Below, piece by piece: positions 1-9,895 of a stretch of 52,124 nucleotides of DNA. A model generated the notes under the pieces. The model had not been told where the DNA came from. It did not search any database and worked only from the letters and a program-made list of their open reading frames with translations. The stretch covers positions 1-52,124 of the forward strand of contig JAABTU010000112.1 in NCBI GenBank assembly GCA_011389715.1, written 5' to 3'. The position numbers were made by a program, and so were the translations under genes. Within the stretch, counting starts at the first letter, position 1. Every line of letters begins with the position of its first letter. Source of the stretch: Desulfotignum sp. Its GTDB lineage: Bacteria; Desulfobacterota; Desulfobacteria; Desulfobacterales; Desulfobacteraceae.

Positions 1-1
1 C

Positions 2-247
2 ATGGCGGCCGGCACCCGGATCCAGACCCTGAAACAGGCATTTAACCTCAAACACGGCATTGCGCCCAAAGATTTCGCCCTGAAAAGCCGGCCTGCAGGG
101 CATCCGCCCATGACCCACGGTGCCAACAAGGGCCGCAGCATTGACATAGACACCCTGATGGCGGATTACTGGGAGGCGTTCGGCTGGGACAAAAAAACCG
201 GCAAGCCCCTTGACCGGCAGATTACAGAGGTCACAGATGTTTCTTGA
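2..247 (+). CDS. Aldehyde ferredoxin oxidoreductase (W/Mo), C-terminal end; 5'-truncated by window
   Basis: G-RIQTLKQAFNLKHG...L..YWEAFGWDKKTGKP resembles the AOR C-terminal domain; followed by a ferredoxin. Confidence 0.7.
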   Translation: MAAGTRIQTLKQAFNLKHGIAPKDFALKSRPAGHPPMTHGANKGRSIDIDTLMADYWEAFGWDKKTGKPLDRQITEVTDVS

Positions 248-380
248 CATCCTCTCCGGCCTAAAGGCCGAAGATTCCTGATGAACCGCATGAAAAAAAC
301 AAATATTAGTCAGTTAATTTTTTAATGTATGCCTTATATCCCCGACCTGAAGAGAAGGTGTTTTACGGCGCTTTGGATAA
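244..380 (+). mobile_element. Non-autonomous miniature IS200/IS605-family remnant (left end + right end, no ORF)
   Basis: TTGAC followed by ATCCTCTCCGGCCTAAAGGCCGAAGATTCC (subterminal hairpin); ~55 bp later TTATATCCCCGACCTGAAG...GTTTTACGGCGCTTTGGATAA, the shape of an IS605/IS1341-type right end with a degenerate hairpin. Confidence 0.65.
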
Positions 381-395
381 CCCGGGAGAAATCTG

Positions 396-854
396 ATGGC
401 CTTTTTCATAACCAGCGACTGCACCGGATGCACGGCCTGTAAAAGCATCTGCCCCACCTGTGCCATATCCGGAGAAAAAAAACAAAAGCATACCGTCTCC
501 GATACAGCCTGTATCGACTGCGGGGCCTGCGGCCGCGTCTGCCCGGCAGGGGCTGTGGCCAATCCTTTTGGCCGAATTGTATCAAAAATACCCAGAAAAG
601 AATGGGTCCGGCCGTTTTTCAACCTGGATCTGTGCATGGCCTGCAGCATCTGTGTGGATGCCTGTCCGGCCGATGCCCTGGACACCACACTGCAAAAGGT
701 CAGAGACCTGCATCCCTATCCTTTTCTGGTCCAGGAAGCCCAATGCATGGGATGCGGATTCTGTGCCCAGGCATGTCCCGTAGATGCAGTCATCCTGGAA
801 GAAAGAGCCGGAAAAATCCAATGCAGCTGGACCCGGCGGCAATTGACTTATTAA
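396..854 (+). CDS. 4Fe-4S dicluster-repeat ferredoxin (four clusters)
   Basis: Four CxxCxxCxxxCP motifs. Confidence 0.9.
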   Translation: MAFFITSDCTGCTACKSICPTCAISGEKKQKHTVSDTACIDCGACGRVCPAGAVANPFGRIVSKIPRKEWVRPFFNLDLCMACSICVDACPADALDTTLQKVRDLHPYPFLVQEAQCMGCGFCAQACPVDAVILEERAGKIQCSWTRRQLTY

Positions 855-962
855 ACAGTGTTCGCTATACAACAGTCTTGATATGCGGTTACTTTTTTTT
901 ACAGCATCTTTGTGCAAACCAGGAACCGGCACCACTGCCTGTTCCTGCACAGGGATGCACCC

Positions 963-2102
963 ATGAAAGACCTTGATCCTATGAAAGAACTGATGCCGTT
1001 TTACCAGGCTGTTGAAGATCCTGCCGCCTTAGGCCGCAGGATCACCCATAAAAAAATCATAGGCACCCTGTGCTCCTATGCGCCGGAAGAACTGATATAT
1101 GCAGCCGGATTTCATCCCATGCGCCTGTTTTCATCCAGAAAAGAGATCCATCTGGCACACAACCACCTGCAGACCTATTGCTGCTCTGTGGTGAGAGAGG
1201 TGCTGGAAGACAGCCTGTCCGGACACCTGGACTTTCTGCATGGGGCGGTTTTTCCCCATACCTGTGATTCCATGCAGCGGCTGTCCGACATATGGCGCCT
1301 CAAGGGACGGTACCCGTTTTTTGCCGATGTGATCCTGCCGGCCAAAATGAACACCCCCAGCGCAAACGCCTATATGGAAGCGGTGCTGGCAAGATTTAAA
1401 AGCGACCTGGAGGCTGACGCCGGCATCACCATCACCCGGCAGGCCCTGGCAGATGCCGTCCATTTGTACAACCGGATACGCAGCACCCTTTCTTCCATCC
1501 ATGATTTTAAAAGCAAATACCCGGCCTGTTTGCCAAACAGGGATATCCATGCCCTTGTGAAGGGATCCATGCTCATGGACCGGCAGCAGGCTGCCGGTCT
1601 GCTGGACAAGGTGGCCCGCCAGCTGACATCTGCAGATCCGGCGGCTGAAAATACCCAGACTCCGGGAACCAAACGCCTTATTCTGTCAGGGTCTGTGTGT
1701 GACATGCCCGGGCTCTATGATCTTTTTCAGGATACCGGCGCTGCTGTGGTGGGGGATGATCTGTGCACCGGCAGCCGCTGGTTTGAGGGCCTGACAGATG
1801 AAGACGATGACCCGCTGGCCGCCATCACCCGCCGCTATGCCCGGCGCATGGTATGTCCGGCCAAACACCAGGGCCTTCACACCAGGGCAGCGCATCTGGT
1901 TGATAAGGCCCAAAGCCTTAAGGCGGACGGGGTGGTGTTTGTACTGCTCAAATTCTGTGATCCCCACGCCTTTGACTATCCGTATATCAAGGCTTTTCTG
2001 GATGACGCCGGCATCAGATCTCTGATCCTGGAGCTGGATGACAGCCAGGACAGCTTAGGCCAGCCGGCCACCCGCATTGAAACCTTTATCCACATGATAT
2101 AA
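963..2102 (+). CDS. 2-hydroxyacyl-CoA dehydratase / benzoyl-CoA reductase family subunit (HgdB/BcrC/BzdN-like)
   Basis: CSYAPEELIYAAG, PHTCDS, VVGDDLCTG, KFCDPH, TRIETF motifs; ATG at 963 preferred over GTG at 912. Confidence 0.85.
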   Translation: MKDLDPMKELMPFYQAVEDPAALGRRITHKKIIGTLCSYAPEELIYAAGFHPMRLFSSRKEIHLAHNHLQTYCCSVVREVLEDSLSGHLDFLHGAVFPHTCDSMQRLSDIWRLKGRYPFFADVILPAKMNTPSANAYMEAVLARFKSDLEADAGITITRQALADAVHLYNRIRSTLSSIHDFKSKYPACLPNRDIHALVKGSMLMDRQQAAGLLDKVARQLTSADPAAENTQTPGTKRLILSGSVCDMPGLYDLFQDTGAAVVGDDLCTGSRWFEGLTDEDDDPLAAITRRYARRMVCPAKHQGLHTRAAHLVDKAQSLKADGVVFVLLKFCDPHAFDYPYIKAFLDDAGIRSLILELDDSQDSLGQPATRIETFIHMI

Positions 2103-2120
2103 CCCAAAAGGGACCCTCAC

Positions 2121-3371
2121 ATGACCCGGACCATTGACAGGGAAAACACAAAAATTGCCGCCGCAAAAAAAATGCGGGACATCATGACCACCTATTACCT
2201 GGATGCATTGTCCGCCTCTGAGAACAACAGACAGGTGGCCTGGATCACCTCCGGGGGACCTGTGGAACCTCTGGTGGCCATGGACATCATACCGGTGTAT
2301 CCGGAAAACCACGGGGCCATGATCGGTTCGGCCAAAATGGGAGAAGACCTGTGCAGCAAGGCGGAAGAGATGGGGTATTCTTCAGACCTGTGCGCCTATG
2401 CCAGAGCCGATATCGGCTGTTCCGTGGCAAAGGGCGGCCCCATAGGCGGTCTGCCAAAGCCTGACATGCTCATCTGCTGCAACAATATCTGCGGTACGGT
2501 TCTCAAGTGGTATGAGGTCCAGGCTCGGTATTATGGTGTGCCTTTGTTTATTTTGGATACCCCGGTGTGCCACACAGGTTTTTTCCCGGAAGCAGCCGCC
2601 TATGTCAAGGCCCAGATCACAGAATATATTGGATTTCTGGAAACCGTCACCAGACGAAAACTGGATATGGACCGCATGAACCAGGTGGGGCACCTGTCTT
2701 TAGAAGGGCAGAAACTCTGGCAGCAGGTACTCAGGACCACGGCCCACAAGCCATCTCCCATGAGTGCCTTTGACGCGTTCTTTTTTCTGGCCCTGATTGT
2801 CACCCTGCGGGGCACCACCACGGCTGTGGATTTTTACAGGGAATTGATAGCGGAAATGAATGACAGAATCGCCAAAGGCATCTCGGTTGTGCCGGATGAG
2901 CAGTACCGCCTGCTCTGGGACAACCTGCCGGTGTGGCACCGGCTCAAATGGCTGTCGAAAAAATTTTCAGACCACAGGGCCTGCCTTGTGGCTGATACCT
3001 ATACCTCGGCCTGGTGCGGGGCGATCCAGTATATTGATCCGGAGAATTTTCTGGACTCCATTGCCCAGGCCTATACCCGTATCTACCTGAACATCGGCAT
3101 CGACCAGATGGCAGACCAGGTCCTGGACATGATCCGGTTCTATGATGTAAACGGGCTGGTCATGCACTCCAACAGGTCCTGCAAGCCCTATTCCTTCGGC
3201 CAGATGGACATCATGCACATTGTTCAGAAAAAAACCGGCATTCCTGTTCTCATGCTGGAAGCGGACATGGTGGATCCCAGAAGCTTTTCCGAATCCCAGA
3301 TGGAAACCCGCATTGATGCATTCATGGAAATCATCCTGCAAAGAGGAGCTACAGGAAGGGGTGACCAATGA
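2121..3371 (+). CDS. 2-hydroxyacyl-CoA dehydratase / benzoyl-CoA reductase family subunit (HgdA/BcrB/BzdO-like)
   Basis: VYPENH, DLCAYAR, NNICG, HSNRSCK, LEADMVDPR, TRIDAF motifs. Confidence 0.85.
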   Translation: MTRTIDRENTKIAAAKKMRDIMTTYYLDALSASENNRQVAWITSGGPVEPLVAMDIIPVYPENHGAMIGSAKMGEDLCSKAEEMGYSSDLCAYARADIGCSVAKGGPIGGLPKPDMLICCNNICGTVLKWYEVQARYYGVPLFILDTPVCHTGFFPEAAAYVKAQITEYIGFLETVTRRKLDMDRMNQVGHLSLEGQKLWQQVLRTTAHKPSPMSAFDAFFFLALIVTLRGTTTAVDFYRELIAEMNDRIAKGISVVPDEQYRLLWDNLPVWHRLKWLSKKFSDHRACLVADTYTSAWCGAIQYIDPENFLDSIAQAYTRIYLNIGIDQMADQVLDMIRFYDVNGLVMHSNRSCKPYSFGQMDIMHIVQKKTGIPVLMLEADMVDPRSFSESQMETRIDAFMEIILQRGATGRGDQ

Positions 3372-4135
3372 TATGTGCAGGCATTGATATCGGCTCCATC
3401 ACTGCCAAGGCTGCACTGATAGAAGACAATCAGCTCAAGGCCACCCACACGGTGTTCACAGGCTACAATCCGGCTGCTGCCGGAAGGCAGGTTTTTGATG
3501 AACTGCTCATGCAGACCGGCATATCAGCCGCTGCTGTAAACAAGGTGGTGGCCACAGGATACGGCAGGGCATCTGTGGAATTTGCCCACAAAACATTGAC
3601 GGAAATCATCTGCCACGGTGCAGGTGCCCATTTTCTGAACCCTGGTGTCCGGGGTGTCATTGATGTGGGAGGCCAGGACAGCAAGGCAATTTTACTGGAT
3701 GCACACGGACATGTGCAAAATTTTGCCATGAATGACAAATGCGCCGCCGGTACGGGCCGGTTCCTGGAGGTGATGGCCCAGGCCCTGCAGATTCCCCTGG
3801 ACCAGATGGGAGAGATAAGCCTTGGGGCAGAAAATCCGGTGAAAATATCCTCCATCTGTACGGTATTCGCAGAATCAGAGGTTATTTCCATGATCGCCCG
3901 CCAGAAAGACCGCCGGGATATTGCCGCAGGTATCCACAGATCTGCAGCCTTGCGTGTGGCATCCCTGGCCGGCAAGATACATCTCGCACCGCCCGTTGTC
4001 ATGACCGGCGGGGTGGCAAAAAACAAAGGGATGTTACAGGCCCTGGAAGATTATCTGGGGTATGGTATACAGGTGGGGGCTGTGCCCCAGGAAAACGGGG
4101 CTGTGGGTGCAGCGGTTCTGGCAGCCGGCACCTGA
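3368..4135 (+). CDS. Acyl-CoA dehydratase activase (ASKHA ATPase with [4Fe-4S], HgdC/BzdQ-like)
   Basis: GIDIGS, ATGYGR, TEIICH, DVGGQDSK, MNDKCAAGTGRFLE, CTVFAESE; ATGA overlap with upstream gene. Confidence 0.93.
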   Translation: MICAGIDIGSITAKAALIEDNQLKATHTVFTGYNPAAAGRQVFDELLMQTGISAAAVNKVVATGYGRASVEFAHKTLTEIICHGAGAHFLNPGVRGVIDVGGQDSKAILLDAHGHVQNFAMNDKCAAGTGRFLEVMAQALQIPLDQMGEISLGAENPVKISSICTVFAESEVISMIARQKDRRDIAAGIHRSAALRVASLAGKIHLAPPVVMTGGVAKNKGMLQALEDYLGYGIQVGAVPQENGAVGAAVLAAGT

Positions 4136-4186
4136 ATGGAAGCAGCCTGAAAAAACCTTTGATAGTTGTCTTCTCAGGAAAGATAT

Positions 4187-4966
4187 ATGGAAATCACATG
4201 GCTGGGCACAGCGGGTTTTGATATCAGGACCAAAGACAGCCGGTTTTTGATTGATCCCTATGTCAGCCGCAATCCTGAGGCCAGTCCGGTGCAGCCCAGA
4301 AGACCGACTGACCTGGCCGGGGCAGACAAGATTTTTATCTCCCACGGCCATTTTGATCACCTCATGGACCTGCCTGAGATCCTGGCACAGGACACTGAAA
4401 AACCCGCCCGGGTATTTTGTTCTGCAACAGCCGCAAAAACCCTGGAAAAAATGGGGGTTTCTCCGGCCCGCATCTACAGGGTAACCAGGAACAACACGGT
4501 TGTCCGGTTCGGCCAGGGTACAGCCCGGGCCTGCTTTGGCCGCCATATCCGGTTTGATCTTTCCCTGGTGGCCGCCACCCTGGCCAGAATTCATACGCGC
4601 TTTTTCCATATACTGCCGCTGTTTACCGGATATCCCTGCGGCCGGGTACTGAACTGGCGGTTTTCCCTGGAAGGCAGGACCATACAGCACCTGGGCAGTG
4701 CCGGGGCCGCTCCCGGAGAATTGAAGAAACAGGCTCCTGCAGATGTTCTTATGCTTCCCCTGGAGGGGCATTCAGACATCTGCAGGATTGCCGCAGACCT
4801 GGTCCAGCTCCTGACACCCGGGTCGGTCATCGTCCACCACCATGACAATTTTTATCCCCCGGTTTCCCGGACCGTGGATATTGCGCCGTTTGTGGAACAG
4901 GTGAACCGGCAGTGTCCTGATATCCGCATCATTGTTCCCCGGATAAACATTCCTTTTACTTTGTGA
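4187..4966 (+). CDS. MBL-fold metallo-hydrolase
   Basis: ITWLGTAGF, IDPY, ISHGHFDH (HxHxDH); AGGA before ATG 4187. Confidence 0.88.
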   Translation: MEITWLGTAGFDIRTKDSRFLIDPYVSRNPEASPVQPRRPTDLAGADKIFISHGHFDHLMDLPEILAQDTEKPARVFCSATAAKTLEKMGVSPARIYRVTRNNTVVRFGQGTARACFGRHIRFDLSLVAATLARIHTRFFHILPLFTGYPCGRVLNWRFSLEGRTIQHLGSAGAAPGELKKQAPADVLMLPLEGHSDICRIAADLVQLLTPGSVIVHHHDNFYPPVSRTVDIAPFVEQVNRQCPDIRIIVPRINIPFTL

Positions 4967-5063
4967 TTGCGTAATTCAGTATGAAAAAGAGATTTCAATT
5001 CAAAAGGTTCTGTTGTAAACTGTTTTATTTTTTTTGGATAACGGCTGCATAAACAGTGGGCAC

Positions 5064-7262
5064 ATGGCTTTTAATGGAAATATAGCATACGGAATATTAT
5101 CCCTGATATCAGGGATAATCAGCATAGGTCTTGCTGTTTACCTGGCCCCATTCTGGCGCAGGTTCGGAGCACGGCAGCTCATGCTGCTGACAGCTGCCAG
5201 TGCCGTGTGGAGCATGACTTATGCCATGGAGCTGTTAAGCCCTGACTTTATAATCAAACTGTTCTGGGTCAGACTGGAATATACAGGGAGTGCCTGGATC
5301 GGCATGCTGGTGTTCACATTCATCCTGTCCATAACCGGCAGAACCGGAAACCTGACCCGCGCCGCTCTGCTGCTGCTCTGCCTGGTGCCTTCGGCTACGC
5401 TGATGCTGGTATTCACCAATGACCTGCACGGTCTCATGTGGCAGCATGCCTGGAAAGAAAACATTTCCGGCATGGAGGCGCTTTTCTACCACAGGGGATT
5501 CGGGTTCTGGATCTTTCTTGTTTTTTCCTACGTTCTTCTTTTCTGGGCCACCCTGATCCTGATACATGCTATTTTTGTTACTGACCGGGACCATTTTCGA
5601 AGACAATTGAAAATCATTCTACTGGGCATCATGGTCCCCTGGGTCTGCAATATCGTGTATATTTTTAAGTTCCCGCTTTTGCAGGGCATCGATCTGACCC
5701 CTTTCGCCTTTATGGTCACAGGACTGATCTTTGTCTGGGCACTGATCCGCTATCAGCTGCTGTACCTTATTCCTTTGGCCCGGGAAGCTGTCATGGACAG
5801 CATGGGTGATCCGGTGGTGGTGCTTGACACGGCAGACCGGGTGGTTGAAGTGAACCAGGCCTGCACCAGGCTGTTTGAAATCAAAAATTTTGTACCAGGA
5901 ATGCATGATGCCGAAGAAATGTTCCCCGATCTTTTCAGTCTTGTGGTACAGCACAGAGTCCGTGCCCCTGCCTCTTTTGAAGCCACTTTTGCGGCAAAAG
6001 GTATTTTGTATGACTGGCACCTTTCCATCTCCGCCCTTTCAGGTGCCCGCCAGGTCCAGAAAGGCTGGCTGGTTGTTTTCCGGGACATCACGGAACAGAA
6101 ACAGACCGAAACCGCCCTGCGCCAGGCACGGGACTATGTCAAAGGGATCATCAATTCCATGCCCTCCATCCTCATCGGCGTGGATGACAAAGGCGTGATA
6201 ACCCAATGGAACCTGGAAGCGGAAAAAATGACCGGCGTCCCTGCTGAACAAGCCCGGAACCGGTTTCTCTCGGCAGTCTTCCCCCATGGTGCTGAAATTG
6301 TTCCCAGTATTGTAACCGCCATAGACACCCGAAAGGTCCAGAAAGAGGAAAAAACCATCCTCGTGCTGAACAGCCGGCCCTGTGTCACTGACATTACCAT
6401 CTATCCCATCCTGTCAGACAGTCCGCCAGGAGCGGTTATCCGGGTGGATGACATCAGTGATCGGGCCAAAATGGAAGAGATGATGGTCCATTCGGAAAAA
6501 ATGATCTCCGTGGGCGGTCTGGCTGCAGGCATGGCCCATGAAATCAACAATCCTTTGGCCGGCATGCTCCAGATAATCCAGGTGATCCAGAACCGGCTGT
6601 CCAGGCCCCTGCCTGCCAACCTTGAAACAGCCGGAAAGCATGGCCTTGACCTGGATAAAATTGCTGCCTACATGGCAGACCGACAGATTTTTGATCTCAT
6701 GGACCAGGCCATTGCCGTGGGAAAGCGGGCTGCAGCCATTGTGCAGAACATGCTGTCTTTCAGCCGGAAAAGCGACAGCCGGCGGTCCAGCCATCTGCTC
6801 TCGGAAATGATGGATGCCACCCTGGATCTTGTAAAAAACGATTTCAACCTGAAAAAGCAGTATGACATTCTGGCTGTTGAAATTGTTAACAGAAAGGATG
6901 CAGAACTGCCGCCGGTACCCTGTGAAAAGACAAAAATTCAACAGGTGTTTTTCAATATCCTGAAAAACGGGGTAGAGGCCATGACCGATGCCCGGACCCC
7001 TCAGCCCAGGTTTGAAATACGCTACTTTCTGGAAGACAACATGGCAGGGGTGGAGATCCGTGACAACGGTCCTGGCATCCCCAAAGATGTCAGGAAACGG
7101 ATATTTGAGCCCTTTTTTACCACCAAGGAGGTGGGCATCGGCACAGGGCTCGGGCTGTCTGTCTCATATTTCATCATCACGGAAAACCATGGCGGCGAAC
7201 TGGGGGTAAACGCCATACCAGGCAGCGGCACAGCCTTTTTTGTCAAACTGCCCCTGTCCTGA
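5064..7262 (+). CDS. Sensor histidine kinase with N-terminal 7TM domain and two PAS domains
   Basis: Hydrophobic N-terminus, two PAS-like segments, H-box AHEINNPL, N-box NILKNG, DNGPGI, FEPFFTTK, GTGLGL. Confidence 0.92.
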   Translation: MAFNGNIAYGILSLISGIISIGLAVYLAPFWRRFGARQLMLLTAASAVWSMTYAMELLSPDFIIKLFWVRLEYTGSAWIGMLVFTFILSITGRTGNLTRAALLLLCLVPSATLMLVFTNDLHGLMWQHAWKENISGMEALFYHRGFGFWIFLVFSYVLLFWATLILIHAIFVTDRDHFRRQLKIILLGIMVPWVCNIVYIFKFPLLQGIDLTPFAFMVTGLIFVWALIRYQLLYLIPLAREAVMDSMGDPVVVLDTADRVVEVNQACTRLFEIKNFVPGMHDAEEMFPDLFSLVVQHRVRAPASFEATFAAKGILYDWHLSISALSGARQVQKGWLVVFRDITEQKQTETALRQARDYVKGIINSMPSILIGVDDKGVITQWNLEAEKMTGVPAEQARNRFLSAVFPHGAEIVPSIVTAIDTRKVQKEEKTILVLNSRPCVTDITIYPILSDSPPGAVIRVDDISDRAKMEEMMVHSEKMISVGGLAAGMAHEINNPLAGMLQIIQVIQNRLSRPLPANLETAGKHGLDLDKIAAYMADRQIFDLMDQAIAVGKRAAAIVQNMLSFSRKSDSRRSSHLLSEMMDATLDLVKNDFNLKKQYDILAVEIVNRKDAELPPVPCEKTKIQQVFFNILKNGVEAMTDARTPQPRFEIRYFLEDNMAGVEIRDNGPGIPKDVRKRIFEPFFTTKEVGIGTGLGLSVSYFIITENHGGELGVNAIPGSGTAFFVKLPLS

Positions 7263-7303
7263 CAGCCCCGACGGTTTTACCACATCTACAGCCCCGGGCA
7301 GAG

Positions 7304-7762
7304 TTACCACACCTCAGGATAGGCAACGTCCACAAATTTTTCTTCCATCATATGTTTGTGGCCCCTTTCCATGGCTGCCAGGTCCATGAAAATGGCTTTC
7401 AACCCGGGATCAGTGCAGTTTTCCGCCAGTCCGGTATATTTTTTCATGGCGATTTCCTCGTTTTTCATAGCCAGGCCGATGGCATTCTTAAGGTCCATAT
7501 CTGCTGTGACTTCCGGCATCTCAATGGTTTCCGACACATGGAAATCCTTATCACAGTCAAAATACCCGGCATCCACTTTTTTCTGGTTCAATATATCGGT
7601 AAGGATCTGTTCATGCCTGGCTTCTTCTTTGGCAAAACCTGCAAACACGCCTTTGAGGTAGTTGTCTTTGATCCGCTGGGAAACCTGTTCGTAAAAATTT
7701 TTTGCATCAATCTCACTCTGGATGGCATCGGAAATTGCTGCGCGGTATGCATCTAAGTCCAT
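7304..7762 (-). CDS. Rubrerythrin/ferritin-like di-iron protein without rubredoxin domain
   Basis: AIQSE..A..FY, EEARH, AMKNE...Y, MERGH di-iron motifs. Confidence 0.85.
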   Translation of the reverse strand: MDLDAYRAAISDAIQSEIDAKNFYEQVSQRIKDNYLKGVFAGFAKEEARHEQILTDILNQKKVDAGYFDCDKDFHVSETIEMPEVTADMDLKNAIGLAMKNEEIAMKKYTGLAENCTDPGLKAIFMDLAAMERGHKHMMEEKFVDVAYPEVW

Positions 7763-7944
7763 AAAAATCCTCCCTGGTCTTTTCCGGTTATTTTTTTATA
7801 CCCGATGATCAAGTTTTTGTGTATGGTTTCTGAAAAACGGGTCATCAGGCTTGTGTTATTGGCGTTATCTACCACAGCCTTTGTGAACCCCATGACTGCA
7901 CAGATAATGCCATTGACGCAAGCCTTACCCCATACATGCCGATA

Positions 7945-9012
7945 TCATGGCAGCGGCGTTGCTGTATAGGCAACCCCTGCCTCTTCAGATCCATACAGCG
8001 CCAGTTCCCGGTCTGCAACAATATCCGATACCAGGTCTGGATTCAAAAGCATGGATTTGCCGGACAGTACCAGATCTGCATCCTGCAAAGCCTGGTCTGC
8101 TGTTTTTTTGTCAAAAATTTTTCCGCAGATAAACAGGGGCAGGTCTGTGGCATCCCTGGTAAGGCCTGCCATGGTTTTGTCAGTACCGAACGCGGGCTGG
8201 GAAAAATCATAGGTGGAGACGGAAATCGCATCAATGGACTCCTGTGAAAACAGCTGGATCATTTTCTGCCATTCTGCAGCATCGGAAAACAAAGAGACTT
8301 CCATATCAGCAATGCCCCAGTTGGAAACCCGCACCAGCAGAAGACGGTCGTCAGGAATATGCGGCCGTACCGCCTGGATCACCTCATGGACAAACCGGTA
8401 CCGGTTTTCCATGGACCCCCCGTAGGCATCAGTTCTCCGGTTGGCGTAGGTGGACAGAAACTGGCTGAGCAGATACCCGTGGGCACAATGCAGTTCCAGG
8501 CCGTCAAACCCGGCTGCCAAAACCCCTTTTGCGGTTTCCACAAATCCGTTGATCACATGGTCCATATCAAACCGGCTCATCTGCTCCGGCACCGGATATG
8601 GTGCACCGGTCATGGGATTTTCCTGCATCGGCGCCACCGGGCTGGGGGCAATTACCCGGTTGGCCGGATTGATCCCATCATAAGCCATGCGGCCGCAGTG
8701 AAATACCTGACACACAGATACAGCCCCGTTACTGCGGATCTGATCTGTCACATTTTTCCAGGCATCCACCTGGTTCTGGTTCAATATCCTGGCCTGGCCG
8801 GGATAGCCCTGTGCACTTTCATAATCGGTCACAATGGCTTCGGTGTAGACCATACCGGCGCCGTTCTTTGCCCGGGTGATTAAAAACTGCAGCACATCCT
8901 CTCTGGGGATGCTGTCTCCGGATGCCGACATTCGGGTCATGGGTGCCACACCGATGCGGTTCCTGCAGGTAATCTCTTTGATGGTAAAGGGTGAAAACAG
9001 CAAAGATGTCAT
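7945..9012 (-). CDS. NADH:flavin oxidoreductase (old yellow enzyme family)
   Basis: NRIGVAPMT, FHCGR, GFDGLELHCAHGYLLSQFLS, NRRTDAYGGSMENR. Confidence 0.92.
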   Translation of the reverse strand: MTSLLFSPFTIKEITCRNRIGVAPMTRMSASGDSIPREDVLQFLITRAKNGAGMVYTEAIVTDYESAQGYPGQARILNQNQVDAWKNVTDQIRSNGAVSVCQVFHCGRMAYDGINPANRVIAPSPVAPMQENPMTGAPYPVPEQMSRFDMDHVINGFVETAKGVLAAGFDGLELHCAHGYLLSQFLSTYANRRTDAYGGSMENRYRFVHEVIQAVRPHIPDDRLLLVRVSNWGIADMEVSLFSDAAEWQKMIQLFSQESIDAISVSTYDFSQPAFGTDKTMAGLTRDATDLPLFICGKIFDKKTADQALQDADLVLSGKSMLLNPDLVSDIVADRELALYGSEEAGVAYTATPLP

Positions 9013-9058
9013 TTTGATCTCCCTGGTTAAAGGTGGGAACCAACGTACCTTTGATAAT

Positions 9059-9532
9059 CTAAGCCTGATTTCTGGTCATGTCAATGTGGGCAATCCCATC
9101 TTCCAGATAAGGGGCGGACACAGGGACAAACCCGTGGCAGCGATAAAAATCAACCAGATAGGTCTGGGCACCGATGGTGATGCCCCTGCCCGGCCATACC
9201 CGGCCGGCTTCATCCAGGATCTTTTTCACGAGCGCATGGCCCAGTCCGGTTTTCCTGTAACAGGGCGCCACCACCACCCGGCCGAAACTGATGTTGGAAA
9301 ACCGGACACCAGGCGCCAGTATCCGGGCATAGGCAGCCAGGCCGCCGTCCCTGGCCCGGCCGGTGAGATGCAGGGTATCTGCCAGCACATCTTTGCCATC
9401 CAGTTCCGGATATGCACAGGCCTGTTCCACCACAAACACATCCACCCGAAGTTTGAGCAGTTCATACAGCTGGTTTGCATCCAGCGCATCAAAACGGGTT
9501 ACCTGCCATGCAATCGTGTTGTGATCTGTCAT
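9059..9532 (-). CDS. GNAT N-acetyltransferase, ElaA-like
   Basis: LYELLKLRVDVFVVEQ.C.YPELDG, GRVVV, GAQTYL..FY, YLEDGIAHIDM. Confidence 0.9.
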   Translation of the reverse strand: MTDHNTIAWQVTRFDALDANQLYELLKLRVDVFVVEQACAYPELDGKDVLADTLHLTGRARDGGLAAYARILAPGVRFSNISFGRVVVAPCYRKTGLGHALVKKILDEAGRVWPGRGITIGAQTYLVDFYRCHGFVPVSAPYLEDGIAHIDMTRNQA

Positions 9533-9651
9533 GTTCTCATGCCCTTTATCTATTCTTTCCTTGATACCCCATCATCTCGACAAGTGCAAGACCTGAGACC
9601 GGCAGCTCCAGGGCAATCGCATGGAGATGCGGCATCACCGATATTGACATA

Positions 9652-9730
9652 GCCCCCTGCGGGTGCCGTGTGACAGGACCGTCAGATGCCAATCTCGGGC
9701 CGGTCACACCGCTACCCGCAGGGGGCGGGC
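9652..9730. repeat. Hairpin element A (copy 1)
   Basis: 13-bp perfect outer IR GCCCCCTGCGGGT/ACCCGCAGGGGGC enclosing TGTGACAGGACCGTCAGA-5nt-ATCTCGGGCCGGTCACA. Confidence 0.85.
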
Positions 9731-9895
9731 ATCAAGCAGCTGAATAGGATGTGGTTACATGCGATGGCCCTATCGGCAGATCCGGTATCCGGTATTTTGA
9801 GCATGCCCGATTGTGGCGGCGTCATCAAGGATATCAGGGAGGAAACAAGGCATTGTCCAGAGCTGTTGCAGACGGTGCCTGTGAGTCCATGACCC

